Shown piece by piece: positions 28,265 to 39,790 of a stretch of 64,000 bases of DNA. The position numbers were made by a program, and so were the translations under genes. Position 1 is the stretch's first letter; each line of letters begins with the position of its first letter. Under the pieces are notes generated by a model that saw only the letters and a program-made list of their open reading frames with translations, ran no database searches and was not told where the DNA came from. The stretch lies in contig CAXVYR010000004.1 of the NCBI GenBank assembly GCA_963666975.2, forward strand, positions 800,001 through 864,000, read 5' to 3'. Source of the stretch: Terriglobia bacterium (lineage in GTDB: Bacteria > Acidobacteriota > Terriglobia > 2-12-FULL-54-10).

Positions 28265-30103
28265 TTAGTTGCCTGATTCCTGTGCGACGATTTCCTCAGT
28301 TACCGTTCGCGCATCGATGGGCATGCCGGTGTAATGGCGAACACTGCGAACCTTGTTGCAATCCCTCCACACAGCCGCGCGGATCAGGTCGCACATCTGG
28401 CCGTCGCGGTTCTGCTCCACTACATAGACGCGCTTATAACGTTTTACAAATTCCGGAAGCTGCTGATTGAACGGAAAAGCCCGAAGACGCATATACGATG
28501 TTTTAAGGTCCTGCTCCTTCCGCAACTGGTCGCGGCTCTCCACCACCGCCCAGTGGCTGCTGCCAAAGGCGATGATGCCGACCTCCGTTCCAGGCTCTTC
28601 GTCCACGACAGGCGGCAAAACCCGCTGGCGAGCAGTTTCATACTTGCGCTTCAGGCGGTCCATATTGTTCTTGTAGTCTTCCGGACGCTCGCTGTAGGTT
28701 GCTTTCTCGTTGTGTCCGCTGCCGCGAGTGAAGTAGGCCGCCAGGGGATGATCCGTTCCCGGAAGGGTGCGATAGGGGATGCCGTCCCCGTCCACATCGC
28801 GGTAGCGCTCAAACTTTTGGAGGCGCTCCAGGTCTTCGGCGTCGAGCACCTTGCCCCGGCTGATCGGCTTGTCCGGGTAGGCGAACGGGTCCGCCATCCA
28901 GTTGTTCATACCCAAATCCAGATCGCTCATGACGAAAACGGGGGTCTGAAACTCTTCCGCCAGCTCAAAGGCCTCCTGCGCCATGGTGTAGCATTCCTCG
29001 GCCGAGGAGGGGAAAAGTATGATGTGTGCCGTGTCCCCGTGGGACAGAAAAGCGGTGGAGAGGATATCACCTTGCGCGGTGCGGGTCGGCAGGCCGGTGG
29101 AAGGGCCTACGCGCGCGATGTCAAAAATCACAACCGGAATCTCCGTGTAGTAGGCCAGCCCGACGAACTCTGACATAAGGGAGATGCCGGGTCCAGAGGT
29201 GGAGGTCATGGCACGGGCTCCCGCCCAGCCGGCTCCCACAGCCATGCCCACAGCGGCCAGTTCGTCTTCGGCTTGCACAATTGCGAAGGTGGCTTTTCCG
29301 GTCTTTGGGTCTAGACGGTACCGCTTCATGTATTCGATGAGGGATTCGCCCACGGAAGAGGAGGGGGTGATCGGATACCAACTCATAACCGTTACCCCGG
29401 CAAACATGCACCCAATCGCCGTGGCTGCGTTGCCGTCAATCAGGACCTTGCCTTGATTCTTATTCATGCGCTCCAGACGGAAGGGATCCGTCTTGGGCAA
29501 GTTCTTGTCCGCGTAGTCGAACCCGGCCTGGATGGCGTTCCAATTCATTTCCGCGGCTTTCACTTTCTTGCCAAGCTGCTTCCGCAGGGCCTTTTCGATC
29601 TCGGCCAAATCGATGTGCAGCAGCCGTGCCAGAACGCCATCGTAGATCATGTTGCGGACCAAGCGGCGCAGCCTGGCGTCGGGACAGACCGGCGTGACGA
29701 GCTTGTCGAAGGGCACGGGGTAAAACTCAAGGTCCTGGCGAAGCTCTTGCAGGTTCAACGGCTCGTCATAGAGGGCGGCTGCGCCCGGAGGCAGGGTGAG
29801 CACATCCTCGCGGGCCGTCTCCGGATTCATGGCCACCAGAAAATCCAGTTCTTTCTTCCTGGCGATATAACCCTCGTGATTGGCGCGGATAGTGTACCAG
29901 GTGGGCAGACCGGCGATGTTGGAAGGGAAAAGATTCTTCCCGGAGACGGGAATTCCCATCTGGAAAATGGAACGCAGCAGGACCGTGTTCGCCGTCTGGC
30001 TGCCGGAACCGTTGACCGTAGCCACCTGAATGCTCATGTCGTTGACGATTCGTTTTTTGGATGCTAACGGGCGGCTGGGAACTGCGGCTTCGGTGGTTGC
30101 CAT
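28265..30103 (-). CDS. korA: 2-oxoacid:ferredoxin oxidoreductase alpha (gamma-alpha fusion) subunit
   Basis: NGSGSQ, WYPITPSS, QAEDELAA, TSTSGPG, GPSTGLPT. Confidence 0.93.
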   Translation of the reverse strand: MATTEAAVPSRPLASKKRIVNDMSIQVATVNGSGSQTANTVLLRSIFQMGIPVSGKNLFPSNIAGLPTWYTIRANHEGYIARKKELDFLVAMNPETAREDVLTLPPGAAALYDEPLNLQELRQDLEFYPVPFDKLVTPVCPDARLRRLVRNMIYDGVLARLLHIDLAEIEKALRKQLGKKVKAAEMNWNAIQAGFDYADKNLPKTDPFRLERMNKNQGKVLIDGNAATAIGCMFAGVTVMSWYPITPSSSVGESLIEYMKRYRLDPKTGKATFAIVQAEDELAAVGMAVGAGWAGARAMTSTSGPGISLMSEFVGLAYYTEIPVVIFDIARVGPSTGLPTRTAQGDILSTAFLSHGDTAHIILFPSSAEECYTMAQEAFELAEEFQTPVFVMSDLDLGMNNWMADPFAYPDKPISRGKVLDAEDLERLQKFERYRDVDGDGIPYRTLPGTDHPLAAYFTRGSGHNEKATYSERPEDYKNNMDRLKRKYETARQRVLPPVVDEEPGTEVGIIAFGSSHWAVVESRDQLRKEQDLKTSYMRLRAFPFNQQLPEFVKRYKRVYVVEQNRDGQMCDLIRAAVWRDCNKVRSVRHYTGMPIDARTVTEEIVAQESGN

Positions 30104-30356
30104 TAAACTCTTCAAACCTCAGAGAAACGCCCGGGGATAAAGTGTCCGAGGGGCGGACTCCAGGCAGTGACGGCGAAGGGGTCAAGCCTGCGGCGATTTC
30201 TCGATCTTCGGTGCCTCGAATTAACAGTGTAACCGACCCGGCGCGTAAAAATCAATGCCGGAGCGGGTCTGAGCCGTATTATGTTCCTCATTGTGAACCA
30301 CAAAGTGAACCACAAACGGCAGCCAGTCCCTTGCCGCCAAAAGATCAATAGTCCCG

Positions 30357-30389
30357 AAAAAAAAGCCCGGACACCCGCAGTGTCCGGGC
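30357..30389 (-). terminator. Rho-independent terminator of groESL
   Basis: Perfect 10-bp stem GCCCGGACAC/GTGTCCGGGC followed by T8 on the minus strand. Confidence 0.85.
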
Positions 30390-30505
30390 CTGAACGCTCG
30401 ATCTATATTCAGAAGATTCCTTAACCGGGCGTCTTGCGGATCGGGGGAAATCCCCCCCCAATCCGCCCGGCTTCTGGAGATGTCTCTAAAGCCAGCCTTG
30501 CTGCT

Positions 30506-32134
<1,629 letters not shown>

Positions 32135-32272
32135 TTACACCCTCCATTTGGTGTTTCCGCTGCGGCTTTCCTCTGGAATCGACCCCTTACACGGATGATC
32201 CCGATGACAGCGCGCGGAAAGTTGTCCGAATTTCGTTTGTATTTCAGAAAAGGGAAGCTGGGACGGCTCGAA

Positions 32273-32590
32273 TTACTTTTTCCCCTTGGCCGACTCCGCG
32301 GCTCCGCTCAGGATGCCCAGGATGTCCTCTTCCCGCATGATCAGCAATTCCTCGTCGTCCAGCTTGATCTCTGTGCCGGCATACTTGCCGAACACAATCC
32401 GATCGCCTTTTTTCACGTCCATAGCGAGGCGAGTTCCGTTTTCGAGAATTCTCCCATTTCCGGCGGCAATGACCTCGCCCTCTTGTGACTTTTCCCTGGC
32501 CGTGTCCGGAATGATGATTCCTCCCTTCTTTTCCTCCTTTGCTTCGAGTCTTCTTACCACGACCCGGTCATGAAGAGGCGTTACTTTCAT
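32273..32590 (-). CDS. groS: Co-chaperonin GroES
   Basis: [26 protein letters not shown]. Confidence 0.99.
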   Translation of the reverse strand: MKVTPLHDRVVVRRLEAKEEKKGGIIIPDTAREKSQEGEVIAAGNGRILENGTRLAMDVKKGDRIVFGKYAGTEIKLDDEELLIMREEDILGILSGAAESAKGKK

Positions 32591-32715
32591 AAATTAGCTC
32601 CTTTCGCTATATCTGTAGATTGAATGAACCCAGGTTCTTTCTCGTCAGGTGTGCTTGCTTTGTGGAAAAGAGCCTGAATTTTTTAAAGAAGAAGTACTGC
32701 AGGCTTTCACCAAAC

Positions 32716-32743
32716 TATCACTTATCACTTATCACTTATCACT
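32716..32743. repeat. Heptamer tandem repeat (TATCACT)x4
   Basis: Four exact copies in the groES leader next to CIRCE. Confidence 0.9.
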
Positions 32744-32753
32744 ATGTCACTTG

Positions 32754-32780
32754 TTAGCACTCTCGACCTGCGAGTGCTAA
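32754..32780. promoter_or_regulatory. CIRCE operator (HrcA site)
   Basis: Perfect TTAGCACTC-N9-GAGTGCTAA upstream of groES. Confidence 0.97.
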
Positions 32781-32809
32781 TACTAGCCCACTTTGAGCCC
32801 GGCTGTCAA
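32780..32809 (-). promoter_or_regulatory. Sigma70-type promoter of groESL
   Basis: TTGACA (32809-32804), 18-nt spacer, TAGTAT (32785-32780), abutting CIRCE. Confidence 0.75.
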
Positions 32810-32984
32810 GAGTAATTTTAGGAACATAATCATAAAACCTTAGTCAACTCAAATCAAATTTAATTTATTGATAAATAAAGAGATAAATTAATTAACGACA
32901 TGAAGTGATCGAAATAACCAGTTTTGTCCGCTTTTGAATGGTTATCAGCGGGGAGGGGGCTTGCAACGGTCGGCACCTGGAAGG

Positions 32985-34535
32985 TCAGTTTCCGGGAAGG
33001 GGCCAAGGGAAGGCCCAGTCCGCCACCGGATAGCCGACAAAGGACAGCAGAACAATGCCGATTAGGGAGAGGATCATCCCTCTTACGAACATGGGGAGTA
33101 TCCGAATATAGCCGCTGGCGAAGACGATCGAGCAGGGAGGATTCGCCATCGGCAACGAGTAACTGATGCAACTGGCCACAGAGACTATGACGGTTAACGC
33201 GATGGGATTGAGAGCGACAATCGGCGCCACCGAAAGGGCGATGGGCCCCAAGAAGCTGATGATCGCCACATTGGTGGTCATATTGGTCAGCACAACCGCC
33301 AGGGTGATGGTTCCCAGGAGGAATAAGTAGCGGGAGACTTCCGGCCCGGCAAAGGAGCTGACGATATAGGAGAAAAAGCCGCCCAGTCCGACCTCTTTGT
33401 CGCCGACCGTCGTACCCACGGCGAGCGCTCCGGCAATCAGCGCCATGGTTCCCCACTCGATATCCTTCACCGCCTCCGACCAAGTCACGGCAAACTTCCG
33501 CGTCTTCCAGTCAATCGGCAGGAGAAACAAAGCCACGGCAACCACCAAGCCCACCAACCCCCAATTGAGACGAGCATAGATCAATTTCGCGACTTCGTGT
33601 TCGCGCCCCAGAACAAAGGATGACAGCTCCGGCAGAATCCACAGAAACAGCGCGGTGAAGAGCGCGCCCGTGGCGAACTTCTCTCCCCGGCTGAACGGCC
33701 CCATCTGTCTGAGCTCTTCCCGGATGGTTTCCTGCGGCACTTCATAGTTCAAATCCTCCCGGCGGAGGAACAGGCGGAGTACCAGGAACATGGCCACTGC
33801 CTGGAGGAGCGTGAAGGGAAGATTGCCCCAAAACCATTGGACGTAGCCGATCTGGTATCCCATCGGTTCCATCTCGCCCATGATACCGATGGCGATCAGG
33901 TTGGTTGGCGTGCCGCCGGGGGTCATCACGGAGCCGATGTTGCTTGCCCAGGCCACCCCCAGAAACATGGCCATCCCGTAACCGCTTCCGGTTTTAACCT
34001 TCATAATTTCCAGCAGTCCGAGCCCCATGGAGAGAAACAACACGGAGGTGACGGTATTGGACAGGATGGCAGTCACCATAATGTTGGCAGTCAAAAAGAC
34101 CACTAGAAGACGCCAGGGATCGCCGCCGACCAGTTTCAAGGACATCAGCTTGAGGCTGAACCTCCGCGTCAGCCCGTATTTCTGCATGGCGTGGCCGATG
34201 ATGAAGGCTCCCAGCAGAAACAGAACAGCCCAATGCGACCAGTAACCAAAGGCTTTCTGCAGCGGCAGGACTCCGCAGAGCACAAACAGAGGCATGGACA
34301 GGAGGGCGGTTACCGGGATGGGGATGGGCTCGGTGACCCACCAGATGATGATCCAGCTAAAGATGGCCAGCGTGCGCATCCCCAGCAGGCTGACTTCCGG
34401 CAAAGGCGGCAACAGCAAAGCCAGCACAAAACAAGCAGGCCCCAGAAAGAGCCCCACTGCCCGCTTTGCTTTTTCAAAGCGGATTTCCCCTGCGGTCAAC
34501 TGAGGGGTCAGTTCGTGCAGGTCTTTCCAACTCAT
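32985..34535 (-). CDS. SLC13/DASS-family anion:sodium symporter
   Basis: WWVTEPIP, ILSNT, ASNIGSVMTPGGTPTN, TNMTTN, LPMANPP; many TM segments. Confidence 0.9.
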   Translation of the reverse strand: MSWKDLHELTPQLTAGEIRFEKAKRAVGLFLGPACFVLALLLPPLPEVSLLGMRTLAIFSWIIIWWVTEPIPIPVTALLSMPLFVLCGVLPLQKAFGYWSHWAVLFLLGAFIIGHAMQKYGLTRRFSLKLMSLKLVGGDPWRLLVVFLTANIMVTAILSNTVTSVLFLSMGLGLLEIMKVKTGSGYGMAMFLGVAWASNIGSVMTPGGTPTNLIAIGIMGEMEPMGYQIGYVQWFWGNLPFTLLQAVAMFLVLRLFLRREDLNYEVPQETIREELRQMGPFSRGEKFATGALFTALFLWILPELSSFVLGREHEVAKLIYARLNWGLVGLVVAVALFLLPIDWKTRKFAVTWSEAVKDIEWGTMALIAGALAVGTTVGDKEVGLGGFFSYIVSSFAGPEVSRYLFLLGTITLAVVLTNMTTNVAIISFLGPIALSVAPIVALNPIALTVIVSVASCISYSLPMANPPCSIVFASGYIRILPMFVRGMILSLIGIVLLSFVGYPVADWAFPWPLPGN

Positions 34536-34643
34536 CGGCCCGCCTCAAATGGGATGGACAAGGAACACCTGAGCGTTTGAGCTTCGTCCTGCAGGGCCGG
34601 GTTGGCAGCAAAAGGCCAGTTCAGGCCGGGACAGAAGCCGGGG

Positions 34644-36161
34644 TTATTTTTTTGTGCCTGCCTTCTTTTTGGGCGGCTTAGGCGGTGCTGCGCCGTTCTC
34701 CTCATAGGAGGACAAACGGGGCGCCTCCCCGTCCAATCCGAATTCCTTCCAGCGGGCAGCCAGCCGGTCGTAGACTTCCCGGCGTACACGGTTCCGGGGA
34801 GAGAAAACCTTGATGTGTTTGTGCTCCTTGCAAGCATTGAGGATAGCCTTAGAACCCCAGGGGCGCTCCTCGGGAGGGTTCTTGGTGGGGTCCAGCCATG
34901 TGGACCAAGTGTTGCGCAAGATGTCGATATCATCCGCCGGGCTGAAGCGGGTGGAGAGAGCCCACAGGACCTGGTGGATGTCGGTGGGGTCCACGTCGTC
35001 ATCCACCACGACGATCAATTTGGAGAAGTACGCCCCGGCCGGGGACTGGGCAGCCAGCGTGGCTACCTGGGAGGCGTGGCCGGGATAGCGCTGCTCGACG
35101 GAGACCGCAGTGATGCCAAACCCGCCGGCGCCCGCCGGGAAACAGTAAACTCCCTTGATGCCCGGAACGCCGAGCTTATCCAGGTCGTTCCACACCGTGG
35201 CGGAACGGACTATGGAGTACAGAAGCCCCAGTTCATTGGCCGGGTAGTCGGCCATCAGAGCGCATGTCAGGATGGGGTTTTTCCGGTACCGGACCCGCTG
35301 CACATCAATAATCGGGGTGTTGGCTTCGGGCCGCCCGTAATAGCCCGTGAATTCGCCGAACGGTCCTTCCAGCCCTTCCTTGCCGGGGTTCATGAAGCCT
35401 TCCACGATAATCTCCGCAGAGGCGGGCAGATCGAGTCCGGTCAGGTCGCTATGGAATATATCGACCGGCTCGTTCACCAGCCCTCCGGCATAGTCATATT
35501 CCGACTCGGTCTTGGGAAGCGTCACGCAAGCCACCGTCAGCAGGACGGGATCACATCCGTACACGGCGGCAACGGGAAAGGGCTTGTTCTGTGCCCAGTA
35601 GCGTTCGCTTTGCAGACGGGCGTCCTTGCCGGGCGACCAGTAGCAGAACAGCTCCCGGGGACCGTGGACCATCTGCCGGTAAGTTCCCAGGTTCAAATGG
35701 CCATCTTCCAGGTCGCGGGTCACCAGCGCATCCCATGTTCCGAGATAGCGTCCGCCGTCGCGCGGCCAAATCTTGGGGGCGGGGAAGCCGGTGATGTCGA
35801 TCTCGGCTCCCTCTTGGATTACTTCGTTGACAGGAGCCTTCTCGGCGGGGATCATGCGGGGAGGAACTTTCCGCCCAAAATTATCCTTGGCAAACCGGAT
35901 CAATTCCGTGACTGAAAGGTCTTTCGGCAGACCCAGGCTTAGCGCAATGCGGTTCTTGGCGGAACTGAACAGGTTGAACACGGCGCTTGATCCGTACTTG
36001 GCGTCCCGGATATTCTGGAACCACAAGATCGGCGAGTTTTCGCGCTGAGCCACCATGTAATTCAAGGCTCCCATCTCTTCATCCCAGTCAATGGGCTGAG
36101 TGATGGTTTTCAATTCCCCCATCGCTTCGGATTCTTTCAATAAATCGCGCAGGCTCAGCAT
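34644..36161 (-). CDS. UbiD-family prFMN-dependent (de)carboxylase
   Basis: DGGRYLGT, NLGTYR, EGPFGEFTGYY, VVVDDDVDP, WALSTR, LDP. Confidence 0.92.
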   Translation of the reverse strand: MLSLRDLLKESEAMGELKTITQPIDWDEEMGALNYMVAQRENSPILWFQNIRDAKYGSSAVFNLFSSAKNRIALSLGLPKDLSVTELIRFAKDNFGRKVPPRMIPAEKAPVNEVIQEGAEIDITGFPAPKIWPRDGGRYLGTWDALVTRDLEDGHLNLGTYRQMVHGPRELFCYWSPGKDARLQSERYWAQNKPFPVAAVYGCDPVLLTVACVTLPKTESEYDYAGGLVNEPVDIFHSDLTGLDLPASAEIIVEGFMNPGKEGLEGPFGEFTGYYGRPEANTPIIDVQRVRYRKNPILTCALMADYPANELGLLYSIVRSATVWNDLDKLGVPGIKGVYCFPAGAGGFGITAVSVEQRYPGHASQVATLAAQSPAGAYFSKLIVVVDDDVDPTDIHQVLWALSTRFSPADDIDILRNTWSTWLDPTKNPPEERPWGSKAILNACKEHKHIKVFSPRNRVRREVYDRLAARWKEFGLDGEAPRLSSYEENGAAPPKPPKKKAGTKK

Positions 36162-36534
36162 TAAGCCCCCCTTAGATATTTTAGAAAATTACGAATAAGC
36201 AATGTCGGCACAGCACCGTTCTCTTTTTTTATGGAGAAACCGGCTGGCGGCGTAATCCTCTATCAATTATTGAAACAGAACTCCATGCGACCAGTTGGGT
36301 TCCTACCGGCGTTGCATGGGTATACCGGATATGACGAGAAGGGTCAATGAGAAACCATCTATTGTCGTCATTCTCAAACAGTATGGCTGAATAGGTTCGC
36401 AGAAATCCGTCCGCTTTGCAAGAGCCTGGGTGAGGATTTCTAGGTCGGCAGGCGGGGACGGGGTCATACACGGGCTCACATGGAGCATGCCATGCAACGT
36501 CAGGAGTTCGTCCAGCAAGCGATCAGGAAGCGGG

Positions 36535-36744
36535 CTATCTTAGGAATTCCTGCGGGTAGCGGCGAGCAGCAGATACTGATCTTACAATGGACCTGTACAT
36601 TTCGGGCTTCCTGAAGACCCAAAAGGTATAGTCAGCGCCGCTCCAATAAGCTAAAAACAGACACAGGCAAACTAGGACCATCGCAGCGTAGATCGTCGGT
36701 AGATTTTTTTCTTGCTGCCACCCGGCGTTTTTCCACTTTGCCAT
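36535..36744 (-). CDS. Small hypothetical membrane protein
   Basis: 69-aa ORF with GGAG RBS and one hydrophobic segment. Confidence 0.3.
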   Translation of the reverse strand: MAKWKNAGWQQEKNLPTIYAAMVLVCLCLFLAYWSGADYTFWVFRKPEMYRSIVRSVSAARRYPQEFLR

Positions 36745-37029
36745 TTCTCCAGGGAATTCTAAAAAAAACTAATGTGAACCTTCTTATGCCGGTCACCTGC
36801 GGGCACGTAACACGGAGGATGCCATATGGTTCGAGTTACGGCGAAAAGAGGGAATGCAGCGAAGGTGGAAGCAAATAAGCTAATTAGAAACATTCTTAAC
36901 GGTGAAAAGTTTTCCTGCATTGTTCCGATGGAATGGCGGATCGATTGCTTCTTGCTTGGTGTGCAGTAGAAAGTACGTTGACTACTGCTTGGCGGAATTC
37001 TGAAAGAACACAGAATCGGTTTTGTCGCC

Positions 37030-37056
37030 TAAAGGTTTCAAACCACCTGACGATTG
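37030..37056 (+). promoter_or_regulatory. Possible sigma28 (FliA) promoter upstream of cheA
   Basis: TAAAGGTT-N11-GACGATTG versus consensus TAAAGTTT-N11-GCCGATAA. Confidence 0.4.
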
Positions 37057-37262
37057 ATAAGTTGGGTACAAGGGCGGTTCTCGCACCAAGTGTTGAAGGA
37101 AACGCGGCGCCGCGCAGGGTGCCCATGTGACGCCGGGGAGGCTGGAGGCCAACCTCGCCATCCTCAGGGGTCGCTGGAAAACCAAGACGCAATTGGGTAG
37201 AGCCAATGTACCGTAAGGTGCGCAATCGAGACAGCAAAAAGAGAACAAAAGGAAACTCCGGC

Positions 37263-37931
37263 ATGAGCGATCTGGATAACATCGTCAAAGAATTTTTAGT
37301 TGAAAGCTACGAGAACTTAGACCAACTGGACCGCGACCTGGTCGTGCTGGAAACCAATCCCAGCGACCAGGCTAAACTGGCCAGTATCTTCCGCACGATC
37401 CACACCATCAAAGGCACCTGCGGCTTCCTGGCTTTTTCCAAGCTGGAGGGAGTGGCCCACGTCGGGGAAAACCTGCTCGGCCGGTTGCGCGACGGGAAAC
37501 TCGTTCTCAATGCGGAAATCACCAGCGCATTGCTCGCCACGGTGGATGCAGTCCGCGAGATGCTGCGCAACATTGAAAACAGCGGAAACGAAGGCGACGG
37601 CGACTACTCGGCACTGACGGCCCAGTTGAAGGCTCTGCAGGAAGACAGCAGTCAGGCTCCCGCCGCCGATTCAAAAGACGCTGCAAAAGAAGCTGAGGAG
37701 CAAACCCCCATCGGGGAGATTCTGGTAGAGAGCGGCAAGGCTAAACCCGAGGATGTGGAAGCAGGGCTCCAGCAACAGCAAGCAGGCGATCCGCGCCACC
37801 TCGGGGAAATTTTGGTCGAAAAAGGCACCGTGCATCCGAAGGAAGTGATGCAGGCGCTGAATACCCAGACGGAGTCCCGCACGACCGCCGTGGCCGATGC
37901 CAACATTCGGGTTGACGTGGGAGTTCTGGAC
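37263..37931 (+). pseudogene. cheA: 5' part of chemotaxis kinase CheA (HPt + MshEN-like motifs), truncated by an IS
   Basis: IFRTIHTIKGTCGFL H-box; NIRVDVGVLD, the start of the dimerisation domain, is cut by the IS left end. Confidence 0.88.
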
Positions 37932-38018
37932 TGTGCCCCGTCAGGGCTTGTTGGACAGGTAGAGGGTAATAGTTAAGGTGATGTTTTTGGCTCATCGTAG
38001 AGACTGAAAGGAACGAAG

Positions 38019-38390
38019 ATGAGACAAAAACAAGACGACAGGGGGGCGGTCGAGAAGGCCGTCCGGGAGATCAAACGCAGGACGCGGCGCAGGTTCAGCC
38101 CGGAAGACAAAATCCGCATTGTATTGCAGGGACTTCGCGGCGAGGACAGCATCGCGGAGCTGTGCCGCCGCGAGGGGCTGCACCAGAACCAGTATTACCG
38201 CTGGAGCAAGGAGTTTCTGGAGGCTGGCCGCAAGCGGCTGGCGGGCGACATAGACCGTGAGGCAACCAGTGGCGAAGTCAAGACTCTGCGGGAGCAGGCC
38301 GTACAGCTGAAAGAGGCCCTGGCCGAGGCTATGCTGGAAAATCGCCTGCTAAAAAAAAGCGTGATCGGGGATGGGGAGGAACATACATGA
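38019..38390 (+). CDS. IS3-family transposase OrfA (HTH)
   Basis: RRRFSPEDKIRIV...SIAELCRREG...YYRW...ENRLLKK. Confidence 0.9.
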   Translation: MRQKQDDRGAVEKAVREIKRRTRRRFSPEDKIRIVLQGLRGEDSIAELCRREGLHQNQYYRWSKEFLEAGRKRLAGDIDREATSGEVKTLREQAVQLKEALAEAMLENRLLKKSVIGDGEEHT

Positions 38391-39370
38391 GATACCCTGC
38401 CTCGGAGAAGCTGGAGATCATCTGCACGGTGGAGCAATCTGCCCTGGGGGTGCGCCGGACGCTGCAGCAGGTTGGCATTCCCAGATCGACGTTTTACAAC
38501 TGGTACGACCGCTATGTGTCGGAAGGCTTTGATGGGCTGGAAGACAAAAAACCCGATCCTGGCCCTGTCTGGAACAAGGTGCCGGAGGAGATAACTCAGC
38601 AGTTGGTGACGTTAGCCCTGGCCGAGCCCGATCTGTCGTCACGCGAGCTGGCGGTGCGTTTTACCGAGGAAAGGCGGTATTACCTTTCTGAATCGACGGT
38701 TTACCGCGTCCTGAAAAGCCATGACCTGATTACCGCGCCAGCCTTTATTGTCCTGAAAGCGGCGGAACGGTTCGCCAACCCGACCACGGCGGTCAACCAG
38801 CTCTGGCAGACCGACTTCACCTACCTGAAAGTCATCGGTTGGGGCTGGTTCTACCTGTCCACGGTGCTGGACGACTTCTCGCGCTATATCATCGCCTGGC
38901 GGCTGTGCAAAACCATGAGCGCAAGTGACGTCTCGGCCACGTTGCGGGATGCTTTGCAAGCCACCGGCCTCGACCGCGTGGGCGCCCGGCACAGACCTCG
39001 CCTCCTGAGCGACAACGGGCCGTGCTACGTCTCTTCCGAACTGCAATCATGGCTGGCAGAAAACAGCGTGCCGCATACTCGCGGCAAGCCCTATCACCCC
39101 ATGACGCAGGGCAAGATCGAACGCTGGCACCGAACTCTGAAAGACCGCATCCTGCTCAACAACTATTACCTGCCAGAAGAGCTGGAGCGGCAGATCGATG
39201 CCTTCGTCAACCACTACAACACCAACCGATACCATGAAAGCCTGAACAACCTGACACCGTATGACGTTTTTACAGGCCAAGGCAGTGCCATCCTGCAAAA
39301 ACGGGATCGCATCAAAGAGAAAACTATGATCTTAAGAAAACGGTTGCACTTCAAAAGAAGGGCAGCCTAA
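38387..39370 (+). CDS. IS3-family transposase OrfB (DDE integrase core)
   Basis: WQTDFTY, LDDFSRY, LSDNG, GKIERWHRTLK. Confidence 0.92.
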   Translation: MRYPASEKLEIICTVEQSALGVRRTLQQVGIPRSTFYNWYDRYVSEGFDGLEDKKPDPGPVWNKVPEEITQQLVTLALAEPDLSSRELAVRFTEERRYYLSESTVYRVLKSHDLITAPAFIVLKAAERFANPTTAVNQLWQTDFTYLKVIGWGWFYLSTVLDDFSRYIIAWRLCKTMSASDVSATLRDALQATGLDRVGARHRPRLLSDNGPCYVSSELQSWLAENSVPHTRGKPYHPMTQGKIERWHRTLKDRILLNNYYLPEELERQIDAFVNHYNTNRYHESLNNLTPYDVFTGQGSAILQKRDRIKEKTMILRKRLHFKRRAA

Positions 39371-39443
39371 CATCAACCCAGAGGAGCCTGAACGCCACCT
39401 TATCTTTTTATGCTCTGTGTCCAACATTATCTGACGACGTACA

Positions 39444-39790
39444 GGCGCAGCCACTCCCGCGACGACGGGGCTACTTGGTCTCCCCCGATGCAAACCTCCC
39501 TTCCCAACCCGTTGAGCGGCCTGTCGGCCTTCACCACGCAGAACCGCGTTACCCTGGTCTATAACCACACGGAGAAGCATCAACGGTACCCGCTGAGCCT
39601 GTCCCATTCCAGCGACGAAGGAATCACCTGGGCAGATCCCTGGCATATTGAAGTCCTGCCGATAGAGGTTTCCTACCCGAGTTTTCTGGCTGACGACAAG
39701 GGGAGCGTTCACGGTGTCTATACCTATAACCAGCGAATGATCAAATACGTCAGCTATAAAGCCGAAAAGAACGGAGAGCTGCTATGGTAA
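39444..39790 (+). pseudogene. 3' fragment of a BNR/Asp-box sialidase-like gene
   Basis: Two Asp-boxes (SRDDGATW, SSDEGITW) and SYPS; the 5' part is lost at the IS boundary. Confidence 0.75.

Larger units (their letters stand above)
37932..39443 (+). mobile_element. IS3-family insertion sequence (1512 bp)
   Basis: TG...CA ends with imperfect 26-bp IRs (TGTGCCCCGTCAGGGCTTGTTGGACA / TGTACGTCGTCAGATAATGTTGGACA); orfA/orfB with an A8G slippery site at 38351-38359; no target duplication. Confidence 0.92.

Noticed and set aside
37047-37105. CTGACGA...GAAAC resembling a hammerhead ribozyme core, or a c-di-GMP riboswitch upstream of cheA
   Set aside because: I could not form the required stems or find the riboswitch consensus; a sigma28-like promoter explains the site better.
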